64,000 nt of DNA from Bacteroidota bacterium. Lineage in GTDB: Bacteria; Bacteroidota; Bacteroidia; Bacteroidales; Paludibacteraceae. Each line of letters starts with the position of its first letter. Within the stretch, counting starts at the first letter, position 1. Positions 41,408 through 51,925 of this stretch are shown one piece after another. The notes beneath the pieces are model-generated. The model searched no databases. It was given only the letters and a program-made list of their open reading frames with translations, and had not been told where the DNA came from. The stretch spans positions 31,002-95,001 of the forward strand of contig JAEWAN010000023.1 of assembly GCA_023391625.1 (NCBI GenBank), given 5' to 3'. The translations under genes were made by a program, and so were the position numbers.

Positions 41408-42793
41408 TTATTTTTCTAAATTGCTGTAGTCCTTGATAATAATATCTTTTTCAATGATATTTTCTGCATTTTCAGACTTTCGGATGAATTTATTGACCTT
41501 TTCTACCTGTATATTTATCAGTTCTACGTTTTTTATAGGTAATTCCGGATCGCCTTTCAGTTCGTATATAGCATCGACCGTATTACATACAACGTTTTCC
41601 ATATAAATTCCATCTATGTTTGATATTCGTTTTTCATAGGTAGGGACTAAGTCTTTCCATTGATAAAGGACGTCCGTATCTATTTCAAGCAATCGCCAGG
41701 TGGAGCCGGATTTCACGTTTTTCATATATATGTTCTCTACGAACCCTCCTCTTCGGTGGTTGGTTTTGATGAAGAAGAATCTCCATACTTCCGGCGCTTC
41801 GCAATCATGCATATAAATGTTGCGTACACCTCCGGACATCTCGCTACCTATCCCTAACATGGTATGTCCTTTTTGTATTTTGCAATGACGGATAACAATG
41901 TTTTCGCAGGGAGTGTTTAGTCGCCAGGCATCACGGTTTCGTCCGGCTTTGATTACCACCGCATCGTCTCCCTGGTCAAATACACAGTTTTCTACCAGAA
42001 AATGACGGCTCATTTCAAGGTCAATGCCATCGTTGTTATGTCCGTGGGCTTTTACATCCAGATTGCGTACGATACCTCCGTCGCACATATAAAGATGTAT
42101 GGTCCAAAACGGGCTTTCTCTGATTTTAAAACCATCCAGCAGCACATTGTCGCATCGGTTGAAGTGTATTAGGTGCGGGCGTAGGTTGTTCTCTCCTTGT
42201 GCCATCTGGCGCTTCTCTACCGGAACATCGGTAGAAGCCATGGTGTAAAGTTGTTTCAAGGCATCCATATGAGCCTGAGGACGTGCAAACCATTTTTTCC
42301 ACAAGTCCATTTTAGGCTGTAATGTTCCTTTTCCCGTAATAGCAATATTTTCACATTCAAAGGCGTAAATCAAAGGAGAATAATTGTAGCATTCCATTCC
42401 TTCCCAGGAAGTCATAACGGCCGGTAAATAATCTTCCGGGTTGTCCGTGAAGACGAGAACAGCATTTTCTTCCAAATGAAGATTTACATTGCTTTTGAAA
42501 TGAATGGCTCCGGTCACCCATTCGCCTGCGGGTATGATAACCCTCCCTCCGCCGGCTTGGTTGCAGGCAGCTATTGCCTGAGCTATTGCTTTCGTGTTGT
42601 TTGTCTCACCGCCTTTTACAGCCCCGTATTGAATGATATTGAAATCCTTGTCCGGATAAATATATTCTTTTATTGGTTCCATAGGGAAAGGAGCTTCCAC
42701 CTCGGTTTGCAGATAGTTGTCTCTCGTCTTGCTGCGTGTACATGCCGGTTGCAACAGGCATACGGACAAAAGGAATAAAATTGTTTTTCTCAT
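41408..42793 (-). CDS. Glycoside hydrolase family 28
   Basis: NNDG, GDD, GH and IK motif series. Confidence 0.9.
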   Translation of the reverse strand: MRKTILFLLSVCLLQPACTRSKTRDNYLQTEVEAPFPMEPIKEYIYPDKDFNIIQYGAVKGGETNNTKAIAQAIAACNQAGGGRVIIPAGEWVTGAIHFKSNVNLHLEENAVLVFTDNPEDYLPAVMTSWEGMECYNYSPLIYAFECENIAITGKGTLQPKMDLWKKWFARPQAHMDALKQLYTMASTDVPVEKRQMAQGENNLRPHLIHFNRCDNVLLDGFKIRESPFWTIHLYMCDGGIVRNLDVKAHGHNNDGIDLEMSRHFLVENCVFDQGDDAVVIKAGRNRDAWRLNTPCENIVIRHCKIQKGHTMLGIGSEMSGGVRNIYMHDCEAPEVWRFFFIKTNHRRGGFVENIYMKNVKSGSTWRLLEIDTDVLYQWKDLVPTYEKRISNIDGIYMENVVCNTVDAIYELKGDPELPIKNVELINIQVEKVNKFIRKSENAENIIEKDIIIKDYSNLEK

Positions 42794-42834
42794 TTCTGTT
42801 TGAAGATATATTTTGCTTGGTTACAGCTTTGAAT

Positions 42835-44292
42835 TTAACGGAAACAGACTATATCGTTTATGGTGACGTAACTGTCTGTGCTTCCAAAAATAGTTTCGGT
42901 TTTGTCTGTCCATACAGGTGAAATACCGGTTACTTCTATGATTAGGGTATAGTCGCCATCCTGTAATTCCGGACTGATAAAGCGGACTCCCTGATTGGAA
43001 TTTTTACTGTAAAAGTCGATAAGCGAAGTAAAAATCATTTTCTCATTTTCATCGAGTATACTTATTTTGGCATATCCGCTTTTGTTGTTTGTTTCGCCGG
43101 TTACAGCGATATGAGTGCCGTTGAACGGTATTTGCAGCGTGCTGCCTTTTACATTAGAAGTTAATTTGCTGTTTTCTTTTTTCCAGTTGTCAGGAGTCTG
43201 GGTTTGCACCTGTTCTTTAGCTATGCTTATGCCTCCTTCCAGAGGGTCACACTGCTTCAGTTCGTCAATGTCCCAGCAATCCCAGTATTCCGGTATGGAT
43301 AGCTTTTCCCCATCTACATGCATAGGTAACCATACGTAGGTGGCAGCAGAGGCTTGGTGTGGAAAAGACCAGCGATCGCCCATGAACATCGGGATGGTGT
43401 CATTGCCCCGTATAATAGGGAAAACGAATGTTGTTTGCGAATTGTAAGTCAGGCTTCCTTCCGGAATAAACAATCCTTGAGGTGTCCAGGGACCATGGAT
43501 ATTCGGTGCTGTGAAATAAAAATTATCATTTTTTTCCCAGCTGGTCAGTCCGGAGTAAAGCAGGTAGTATAAACCGTTTTTGCGGAACATGGCGGGTGAC
43601 TCGCCAGAGTCCGGTATGTAGTCTGTGATTTTAGCCTCGGCAGAACGGTAGTCTTCGCTCAAACGGTATATCGGTCCGTGGTGTAGGAGCAGGTATCCAG
43701 TCCCGTCGTTATCCTGAAATGTACCCATATCCCAACGGCGTATCGGCTCTCCATGATATAACAGCGGTCCCTGGAACTCATAATCTCCGGCTATGGTTTT
43801 GCAGGTGGCATAACCAATGTGCGGATCGTAGTATCCCATATCGTCCGTATGCATGTACATAACGTACTCTCCGGTGGAGGGACATTTCATCACTTTTACC
43901 CGCTCACCCACCCGGTTGGGTCCAAGTAGTCCGTCAGCTTGTACCGGGAGTACAACATTCTCAAATTTCCAGTTAACAAGGTCGTCGGAAGAATAACAGC
44001 TAAAACCGGGGAAAGCATTGGTTTTATCCGATTTATATTCACCGAAAAGGTAGTACCGTCCGTTATCTTGTACAATGCATGCTCCGTGGGCATTCACAAT
44101 ATTACCCTGGTCGTCAAACCATGGAATGCCGTTATAGATGCATTTCTGGATGTTATTTCCCGGCTTGTTGGAGCAGCCTGCTAATAAAAAAGATACCAGC
44201 AGTAAAACAGCACATAAGCTTATTGATGTTCGTTTCATAGATTGATAAGATATTTGTATTGTAAGATGATTTTTATTTTTCTGATGTTTCAT
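42835..44292 (-). CDS. Glycoside hydrolase family 43 lipoprotein (exo-beta-1,3-galactanase-like); start probably MKRTSI ~44238
   Basis: NAHGA, GERVKV, DM..FQD.DG, ESPA, SQTT and MGDRW motifs. Confidence 0.8.
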   Translation of the reverse strand: MKHQKNKNHLTIQISYQSMKRTSISLCAVLLLVSFLLAGCSNKPGNNIQKCIYNGIPWFDDQGNIVNAHGACIVQDNGRYYLFGEYKSDKTNAFPGFSCYSSDDLVNWKFENVVLPVQADGLLGPNRVGERVKVMKCPSTGEYVMYMHTDDMGYYDPHIGYATCKTIAGDYEFQGPLLYHGEPIRRWDMGTFQDNDGTGYLLLHHGPIYRLSEDYRSAEAKITDYIPDSGESPAMFRKNGLYYLLYSGLTSWEKNDNFYFTAPNIHGPWTPQGLFIPEGSLTYNSQTTFVFPIIRGNDTIPMFMGDRWSFPHQASAATYVWLPMHVDGEKLSIPEYWDCWDIDELKQCDPLEGGISIAKEQVQTQTPDNWKKENSKLTSNVKGSTLQIPFNGTHIAVTGETNNKSGYAKISILDENEKMIFTSLIDFYSKNSNQGVRFISPELQDGDYTLIIEVTGISPVWTDKTETIFGSTDSYVTINDIVCFR

Positions 44293-44569
44293 AGATAGTT
44301 ATTCCCTTTTGTAAAGTTAGGTATAAAGTAGTGTTAGTGTCCGGAATACGGATCTGTTCATCATTCCTGTAATCAGGCCATGGGTAATTTTTTATACAGG
44401 ATAAGTTCCGGATTTTTATGTCTCATGAGAGTATTTCAGTTTTCTTTTTTTAAGGTTAGCTGTACAAAAATAAGGATTATTATCCAGATTGAAGTTTGAG
44501 TGTAACAACCAAAGATGATTTTGATTAAAATACCTGTCTAAATAGATAAAAAAGCTTACTTTTGTTCGT

Positions 44570-45334
44570 ATGGAATCAGTAGAAACAAGCCGTAAGGAAA
44601 TGTGGAGAAGGCAGAGGATTGCCTCTGTGGATGTGGATTATAATTTGTGGGATGAAAAGAAAACCGTTTTGCAGGACTTTTCCGGAATAAACAGGAGTTG
44701 CCTGTTTGCGGTGGATGTGTATAAAGAAGTTTATAGTTTTGTTTCGGGTGATTTTGTCAATCTGTTCGGTTTTAAATCTTCATGGGTAAAGCATATTGAA
44801 AAGTGTGGGGATGTGTTGGAAGATTTTATTCATCCGGATGATCGGGAACAGTTGATTGATATGCAGTTGGAACATAGCCGTTTTATTTATTCTCTTCCCG
44901 AAGAGTGCAGGAATGACTACCGGCGTATCTATCAGTTTCGTATGCGGAATGCCGGAGGAAAATACGTCCGCGTGGCGAGTCGTCAGCAAGTGCTTTTACA
45001 AACAGGAGAAGGGAAAGCATGGATTGTCATGGGTATGCTGGAGTTTCTTCCGGACAGCAGTTCGGAAGGGAAGGTGAAGTGTGCCACACAAAATATAAAG
45101 ACCGGAGATTTTTTATATCCGGTAGAGGATTTGCCGCCCCGGTTTTTAACCGCTCGCGAAATGGAAGTTCTGCTGCTGGTTCGTAAAGGATTTTTGAGCA
45201 AAGAAATTGCAGAGCAACTTCATATCAGCATTCACACGGTACATAATCATCGGAAAAATATCTTACGGAAACTACATGCCGATAATTCTTTGGAGGCTTT
45301 AGAACTTGCAAGGGGAATGCAATTGCTGCCTTAG
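44570..45334 (+). CDS. PAS-like plus LuxR HTH transcriptional regulator
   Basis: IHPDD PAS motif; LT.RE.EVL..V..G..SKEIA..L.IS.HTV..HRKNI. Confidence 0.88.
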   Translation: MESVETSRKEMWRRQRIASVDVDYNLWDEKKTVLQDFSGINRSCLFAVDVYKEVYSFVSGDFVNLFGFKSSWVKHIEKCGDVLEDFIHPDDREQLIDMQLEHSRFIYSLPEECRNDYRRIYQFRMRNAGGKYVRVASRQQVLLQTGEGKAWIVMGMLEFLPDSSSEGKVKCATQNIKTGDFLYPVEDLPPRFLTAREMEVLLLVRKGFLSKEIAEQLHISIHTVHNHRKNILRKLHADNSLEALELARGMQLLP

Positions 45335-45495
45335 TTTTTCATGCGTTATGCATCCCGGAAACATAGCTATTTATGGCTATTTCCACTCTGCTTTTAATGT
45401 CTTATTTTTACAATCCTTTTCAAGTTCCGTGCCTTACCTTTGCATTTCTTTTGCTGACAGGTGTTTATCTGTGGGGGAAAGGCATATAAAATAGA

Positions 45496-47568
45496 ATGAT
45501 CCATCTTATGATTTTCAATGAAAGTGAAGAACAGGAGCGAGTTTATCTCCGGCAAATAATCGCTTTGCTTAAGCGTGCCATTAAAGATATAGATTCTTCT
45601 GTGAAAGAACAGGAACAGGCCTTGCGCGAGCATAAGGACTACTTATGGCAAAGCCGTACGGATATTGATGCGCAGGAAGTACGCTCCATGCGTGAGAGTA
45701 TTCTGAACACTCTTGCTGTTGGCGAGGGAATTATCGCCCGTCGTCGGCGGTTGGGTAAATTGCTGAATATCCCTTATTTCGGGCGTATTGATTTTTGTGA
45801 GGACGGGAGTAAATATGTGCAGCCGATATATATTGGGGTACATACTTATTATGATTCGGAAACGAAATCCAACCTGATTTATGATTGGCGCGCACCGATA
45901 GCCGGGATGTATTATGATTATGAACTGGGTGAAGCTTCGTTTATATCGCCTTCCGGAGAGGTGTCGGGGAATAGCTCTCTGAAGCGGCAGTACCGTATTC
46001 GGAATGGGGAGATGGAGTATATGATTGAAAGTTCGGTAACTGTGCATGATGACATTTTGCAAAGGGAGTTGAGCGCCAGTACGGACGATAAAATGAAAAA
46101 TATCGTTGCTACTATTCAGCGTGAGCAGAACCGTATTATCCGTAACGAAGACTCTTCCGTCCTCATTATACAAGGTGTGGCCGGTTCGGGTAAGACTTCC
46201 ATCGCTTTACACCGCGTGGCTTATTTGCTTTATACTCATAAAGGAACTTTAGCTTCAAAAGATATACTGATCATTTCTCCGAATAAGGTTTTTGCCGATT
46301 ATATTTCCAACGTATTGCCGGAACTGGGTGAGGAAACAGTACCGGAAATAAGCATGGAACAATTGCTTTCGGACGTTTTGGAAAGGAAATATAAATTTCA
46401 GACTTTTTTCGGGCAGGTGGCGGAGTTGCTCGGAAAACCACAACCCGGCTTTATCGACCGGATTCGCTATAAATCAACGTTTGATTTTATAATCCGGCTG
46501 GATCGGTTTATTTTATATGTGGAGAATAACTATTTCCGTCCGGTAGATGTGAAGGTGAAACATATAACCATTCCTCATGAATATTTAGCGGAAGAGTTTC
46601 GCCGTTTTCATCGTTACCCTGTACGTCAGCGCTTTGATGTTATGACGGAGCATATTCTGGAAACTCTGGTCAGGCAATATCAGGTGGAAATCACTACGGC
46701 AGACCGTAATATGCTGAAAAAGCAAGTTCGTAAGATGTTTACGGGAAACAACGATCTGCAGCTTTATAAAGATTTCTTCCAGTGGGCGGAAGTTCCTGAA
46801 ATGTTCAAGTTGCGTAAGGGCCACGTTCTGGAATATGCCGACCTTGCACCGCTTGCTTACCTGCGTATTTCGCTGGACGGGTTGAAACCCCGTTCGGAGG
46901 TGAAACATCTGTTGGTGGATGAAATGCAGGATTACTCTCCGGTTCAGTATAAAGTGTTGTCAAAACTTTTCCCGTGCCGGAAAACTATTCTGGGTGATGC
47001 CGGGCAGTCGGTGAATCCTTACGGATCGTCCACGGCAGACATGATAGCACAGGCCTTCGTAACGGGCAAGGTAATGAAACTCTGTAAGAGTTATCGTTCC
47101 AGTTTTGAGATAACCCGCCTGGCTCAGAAAATACGGAGCAATGCCGATCTTGAACCTGTGGCACGGCATGGGGAGGAACCGAGCTTGATTCCATTCGCCA
47201 ATCAGGAAGAAGAGATAAGCGGAATCGTTGATTTACTTCATTCTTTTCGGAAATCCGCTTATAAATCGTTAGGGATTATTTGTAAAGATGAAGTGCAGGC
47301 TCAGGAAGTTAACCGGAAATTGCTGGAAGCCGGTGAAGATATTTATTTTCTTTCGTCAGACAGCCTGACATTTCATCAAGGAGTGGTTATTACCTCTGCT
47401 CATATGGCTAAGGGACTGGAATTTGACGAAGTTATTATTCCTCAGGCAAGCGAAGTGAATTACAGGACGGAGATAGACCGCAGTATGCTGTATGTGGCGG
47501 TGACACGCGCCATGCATCGCCTTTCGCTGACCTATACAGGAGAACTTACTTCACTGATCAGCGGTTAA
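45496..47568 (+). CDS. helD: HelD/HelR-family RNA polymerase-binding SF1 helicase-like ATPase
   Basis: PYFGRIDF, IYIG, DWRAP, IVATIQREQN, GVAGSGKT..ALHR, DE.QD and KGLEFD motifs. Confidence 0.85.
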   Translation: MIHLMIFNESEEQERVYLRQIIALLKRAIKDIDSSVKEQEQALREHKDYLWQSRTDIDAQEVRSMRESILNTLAVGEGIIARRRRLGKLLNIPYFGRIDFCEDGSKYVQPIYIGVHTYYDSETKSNLIYDWRAPIAGMYYDYELGEASFISPSGEVSGNSSLKRQYRIRNGEMEYMIESSVTVHDDILQRELSASTDDKMKNIVATIQREQNRIIRNEDSSVLIIQGVAGSGKTSIALHRVAYLLYTHKGTLASKDILIISPNKVFADYISNVLPELGEETVPEISMEQLLSDVLERKYKFQTFFGQVAELLGKPQPGFIDRIRYKSTFDFIIRLDRFILYVENNYFRPVDVKVKHITIPHEYLAEEFRRFHRYPVRQRFDVMTEHILETLVRQYQVEITTADRNMLKKQVRKMFTGNNDLQLYKDFFQWAEVPEMFKLRKGHVLEYADLAPLAYLRISLDGLKPRSEVKHLLVDEMQDYSPVQYKVLSKLFPCRKTILGDAGQSVNPYGSSTADMIAQAFVTGKVMKLCKSYRSSFEITRLAQKIRSNADLEPVARHGEEPSLIPFANQEEEISGIVDLLHSFRKSAYKSLGIICKDEVQAQEVNRKLLEAGEDIYFLSSDSLTFHQGVVITSAHMAKGLEFDEVIIPQASEVNYRTEIDRSMLYVAVTRAMHRLSLTYTGELTSLISG

Positions 47569-47583
47569 TTTCCGGGGTAGGAT

Positions 47584-47763
47584 GAAGGTGTGTCAAAACT
47601 AAAATGACACTTTTGAAAAGTGACGAATTATGATTAACTCAATAAAAAGAGCCGTATCAAAACTCAAAAATAGAATTTGATACGGCTCTTTTTGTTATGT
47701 AAGGGTATGCAAGTTTCAGATTGAAAGTTCGTTCTTACGAACTTTGAGTTTTGACACACCCTC
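47584..47763. mobile_element. MITE-like / IS-end remnant containing a bidirectional terminator
   Basis: Perfect 14-bp terminal inverted repeats GGTGTGTCAAAACT (47587-47600, 47747-47760); no ORF inside. Confidence 0.6.
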
Positions 47764-47767
47764 GTCT

Positions 47768-48166
47768 TTAGTCCGTGTTTTTAACGGTTACCTCTATTTT
47801 GTTGCCATCGGGGTCAAAAGTTTCAAACTCATAGTACCCGTCTCCGGTGATACGTGGCCCTCTTACTATTTCAAATCCCGCGTTTTTCAGATACTCCGCC
47901 TGTTTATCTATCGCTTGTTTGTTTTCTGCCTCGAATGCGATATGGGTTAATCCTTTCAGAAAAGGACTATCGGTTTCCTTGTCACGGATTTCCGGTCTGC
48001 TCATGAGTTCAAGCCTCGCACCGGAAGAAAAAGAAATGAAATAACTTTCAAATAAGGTAACTGGGTTTTTATATTTCCGGTTACACTTTCCCCCGAAAAA
48101 ACACGTGTAGTATTCTTTTAATTTTTCCAGGTCTTCTGTCCATATGGCGATATGTTCTATTTTCAT
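47768..48166 (-). CDS. VOC (glyoxalase) family protein
   Basis: IEHIAIW, H.AF and DPDGN.IE motifs. Confidence 0.9.
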   Translation of the reverse strand: MKIEHIAIWTEDLEKLKEYYTCFFGGKCNRKYKNPVTLFESYFISFSSGARLELMSRPEIRDKETDSPFLKGLTHIAFEAENKQAIDKQAEYLKNAGFEIVRGPRITGDGYYEFETFDPDGNKIEVTVKNTD

Positions 48167-48180
48167 AAAATACTCCTTGT

Positions 48181-48865
48181 TTATTCCGATATTTTATAGC
48201 TGATTATATAGTAGTGAGGGGAGTTGTTTAGTAGCTCTTTGGTTTGTTCATCCTCCGGAGATAGTTTTACGACACCGCAAAAACGTTCTACATTATACTT
48301 CTCGTCAAACCAGGAAGAGGCAAGAGCCATGAGCGGAATTTCTTTGTTGAGTTTCCAGTCCACAGGAGCGTATTTACGCCATAAGTAAAACTGTCTTTCC
48401 CTGTCTTTCTTTTTATTTAAAACATGTCCGGTAGTCATGGATAGGGTTTCCAGTGTTACCGTGCTTTTTTCATCTTCATTCTTCATGTAAAAAAACAACT
48501 GGTCTAAAAAGTCATAGCATATTACTATCCGGGTATTCCTTGGAATTGGGAAAATGGATGTAGGTATTATCTCCGGAGAAAAGTGTTTTTGAATTTGTTT
48601 TTTCTCCTGCCGTATATTCATCTATTGTAACGGTAAGCTGGTATTTTCTGTCGAATTCTTTTAATGAAATTTTGTACATGTTGATGCCGGCTATTTCAAG
48701 TGCTTTGAGTATATCCAGTTGGTTAATCTGGTTTGTCTGGAAGCGGTTGTACGAATCATGTTTTTCCAGAGTGGAACGGTAATCTTTTTTATATGCAGGT
48801 TCGTATGAATAGGCATTTACTGTAAACAGTATAGCACTCAATGAAAGAAGAAGTTTTTGTTTCAT
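48181..48865 (-). pseudogene. Frameshifted exported protein (DUF5041-like)
   Basis: Signal-peptide ORF 48512-48865 and overlapping ORF 48181-48621 join into one protein with a frameshift near 48520. Confidence 0.6.
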
Positions 48866-49044
48866 GATAAAGATAATCGTGTTTATTGCATTTTGTAAAT
48901 AAGGGTATAAAGAGAAACAAATATATGTATATTTATTTGTCTTGTATCTATTTTATACTTGACATTTGTTTTTTATAAAAAGGGTTGCTTCTTAATTTAA
49001 CTGCAGGAACGTTGTAACGGGCGTTTTGTAAGCCGGAATTTGCC

Positions 49045-49113
49045 TCGTTACAATTTCGTCACACAATATTGACCTGTTCGTAATTATTTCGTAATAACAA
49101 AGTTTCACTTTTG
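49045..49113 (+). promoter_or_regulatory. 11-bp-periodic direct-repeat array (Pho-box-like) and -7 element
   Basis: TCGTTAC/TCGTCAC/TATTGAC/TCGTAAT/TCGTAAT at 49045, 49056, 49067, 49078, 49089; CACTTTTG at 49106. Confidence 0.55.
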
Positions 49114-49143
49114 CACCGTAGAAAATTAAATACAGTTCAATAA

Positions 49144-51876
49144 ATGAAACGTACTTTGTTATTCAGGTTGAAAAAACAATTTTTTAATAGTAAGATCTTT
49201 TTATTGTTTCTATTCTCGTCTGTCGGTTCTGCCTTATTTGCCCAGGGAGGACTTATCAAAGGAAAAATAGTTGATTCGCAAACTCAGGAAGCATTAATAG
49301 GTGTTTCCGTATGGATAGAAGGAACAACGCAGGGAGCTGCGTCTGACTTTGACGGGAACTTTGTTATTGCAAACCTCGATGCCGGAAATTATTCTCTGGC
49401 TATTTCCTATATAGGTTATAAATCCTACAGAAGAGAAGGGGTGGTTGTCCGGGACGGACAGGAAACGGAGATACAGGTACAGCTTAGCCCGGATGACTTG
49501 CAACTGGACGAAGTGGAAGTGGTGGCAAGGGCAAACCGTGAAAGTGAAAGCATGTTGCTGCTGGAACAGAAACAAATGCTTCTGGCTACCCAGGCGGTGG
49601 GGGCGAAGGAAATGTCGCGGAAGGGAATAGGTGATGCACAGTCGGCTGTGGCACAGGTATCCGGCATATCCCGGCAGGAAGGTGTGAAGAATGTTTTTGT
49701 ACGGGGATTGGGCGACCGTTATAACGCAACTTTGCTGAATGGCTTTCCGGTTTCTTCCGAAGATCCGGAATATAAAAACATAGCCCTTAAATTTTTCAGT
49801 TCGGATGTTATACAGAATATAGGGGTGAATAAGGTGTTTAATGCCGATAATGGTGGTGATGTGGGAGGAGCTGTTATTAACATTAAGTCCAAAGAACTTT
49901 TCGGTGAAAGGGCATTTAGCGCAGAGATAGAGGGAGGCTTGAATAGTGAAGTTCCTGGTTCCGGATTTTTACGGCAGGATGGTGTGAATTATTTGGGAAT
50001 CAGCAATGCGCAACGTCCTGTAACTGGTAACTTTGATTTTCCTAACAGTCTTGACCCTTCGAAGGTGAGTTTTCCTGTGAATCATAGTTACGGAGTGTCC
50101 GGCGGAAAACAGTTTCGGGTGGGTGAGAACGCAGATCCTCTGTCGTTTTTCATAGTAGCTTCGCATAATTCCGACTATTCCTATACACGGGAAACCGTAA
50201 GGAACAGTACTTCCAATGGTACTGTTTATCAGGATCAGACGGGTGATAAATATACCATTAATACCAATCAGTTGGTTCTGGCAAATCTTCTCTGGCAGAT
50301 AAACCAAGCGCATGAACTGAGCTATAATTTTATGTTACTCCATGCCAACGACCAGTATGTTGGTGAGTACATAGGTTTGCATTCGGAGAAACACCAGGAT
50401 GCCGATAATTCTACGGGTTATCTGAGAAGACAGCAAAATAATGATAACCTGCTGATGACCCATCAGCTGATGAGTAAATGGAAACTGGCTGACAGGTGGG
50501 CACTGAATGTAGGGGCAGCTTATAACCGTATTAAAGGATTGGAGCCGGACAGAAGGGAGAATTACCTGTCGCATCAGGCTGACGGAACTTATAACCTGAC
50601 CGGAAGCAACCGTCAAAAACGTTTCTTTTCCGAATTGTATGAAAATGACCTGAACCTGAAAGCAAACTTGCGCTATCGGTTGAGCAGGGAACTTGATATG
50701 GAAAAATCGAATCTTACGGTGGGATATAACGGCAGGTTTGTAAGCAATCAGTTTCATGCAGTAGAATATAACTTCAGCGCTTATCCGGGATATTTTTCTT
50801 TAGAAGGTTTGAAACTGGACGAGTTTTACAATGATGCGAATTTGCAGGCCGGTCGGTTTGAAATGACGGAAGGCGATCCTAATACATACCGGGTGTCTAA
50901 ATATATTCATTCGGCTTATGTGGAAGCGACTCACTGTTTTTCCAATGTCTTTACTGCCAATGTCGGAATTAAATTGGATTATGTGGATATGACGGTGACA
51001 CACCGGGTGCAGCATGTGAGTCCCGGAAGGGAAAGCATAGAGAAACTGTATTACCTCCCGAATTTAAACCTGAAGTACGACCTGAATGATAAAAATTCTC
51101 TGCGGTTGGGAGTAAGCAAAAGTTATACTTTGCCTCAATCAAAGGAAATATCTCCTTACCAATATGTGAACATAGGTTTTTCCAGCCAGGGTAATCCGAA
51201 TATAAAACCATCGGAGAACTATAATGTGGATTTGAAATGGGATTTTTATCTCAGCCCTTCTGAACTGATTTCGCTTTGCGGGTTTTATAAATACATAGCA
51301 GACCCTATAGGACGTGTGGACCAGGGTAATTCGGCCGGACTGCTTACTTATGATAATATAGCTGAAAATGCTAATGTGGCAGGTGTTGAACTGGAAGTGC
51401 GTAAAGATATTGTTAACCGGACTAATGTACAAAATTCATATGTAAACAAGCTTTCACTGGGTTTGAATGGCTCTTATATATACAGCGCTCTTAAACTGGA
51501 TATTCCTAATACGGCAATGAGAACCACACGACTGGAGGGAGCTTCGCCGCTCATAGTGAATGGCGACCTTTCATACAATCTGACAGCCGGAGAGAAAAAC
51601 CTGATACTTTCTGCTGTGGTGAATTATTTCAGCGACCGGATTTATACCCTCGGTACCCGCCAGTATAATGATATTATTGAAAAAGGAGTGGTGACGTTGG
51701 ATTTTGTATCGTCCTTCAAAATAAATAAACACCTGAGCCTTAATTTAAAGGCAAGTAACTTGTTGAACCCTTCACACAGGCTGACACGCCAAATCGGTAC
51801 AAGCGCCAAATTTGTAACCTTGAATGAATATAAAAAGGGAACGGATATAAGCATAGGACTTAGTTTTGAATTATAA
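49144..51876 (+). CDS. TonB-dependent receptor (non-SusC)
   Basis: Carboxypeptidase-regulatory-like N-domain, plug motif VFVRGLGDRYN, GNP.IKP and beta-barrel C-terminus. Confidence 0.92.
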   Translation: MKRTLLFRLKKQFFNSKIFLLFLFSSVGSALFAQGGLIKGKIVDSQTQEALIGVSVWIEGTTQGAASDFDGNFVIANLDAGNYSLAISYIGYKSYRREGVVVRDGQETEIQVQLSPDDLQLDEVEVVARANRESESMLLLEQKQMLLATQAVGAKEMSRKGIGDAQSAVAQVSGISRQEGVKNVFVRGLGDRYNATLLNGFPVSSEDPEYKNIALKFFSSDVIQNIGVNKVFNADNGGDVGGAVINIKSKELFGERAFSAEIEGGLNSEVPGSGFLRQDGVNYLGISNAQRPVTGNFDFPNSLDPSKVSFPVNHSYGVSGGKQFRVGENADPLSFFIVASHNSDYSYTRETVRNSTSNGTVYQDQTGDKYTINTNQLVLANLLWQINQAHELSYNFMLLHANDQYVGEYIGLHSEKHQDADNSTGYLRRQQNNDNLLMTHQLMSKWKLADRWALNVGAAYNRIKGLEPDRRENYLSHQADGTYNLTGSNRQKRFFSELYENDLNLKANLRYRLSRELDMEKSNLTVGYNGRFVSNQFHAVEYNFSAYPGYFSLEGLKLDEFYNDANLQAGRFEMTEGDPNTYRVSKYIHSAYVEATHCFSNVFTANVGIKLDYVDMTVTHRVQHVSPGRESIEKLYYLPNLNLKYDLNDKNSLRLGVSKSYTLPQSKEISPYQYVNIGFSSQGNPNIKPSENYNVDLKWDFYLSPSELISLCGFYKYIADPIGRVDQGNSAGLLTYDNIAENANVAGVELEVRKDIVNRTNVQNSYVNKLSLGLNGSYIYSALKLDIPNTAMRTTRLEGASPLIVNGDLSYNLTAGEKNLILSAVVNYFSDRIYTLGTRQYNDIIEKGVVTLDFVSSFKINKHLSLNLKASNLLNPSHRLTRQIGTSAKFVTLNEYKKGTDISIGLSFEL

Positions 51877-51925
51877 GTATAGTTACAATTAGATTTTTAT
51901 CAATCATTAATTATTTTAATTAGAA

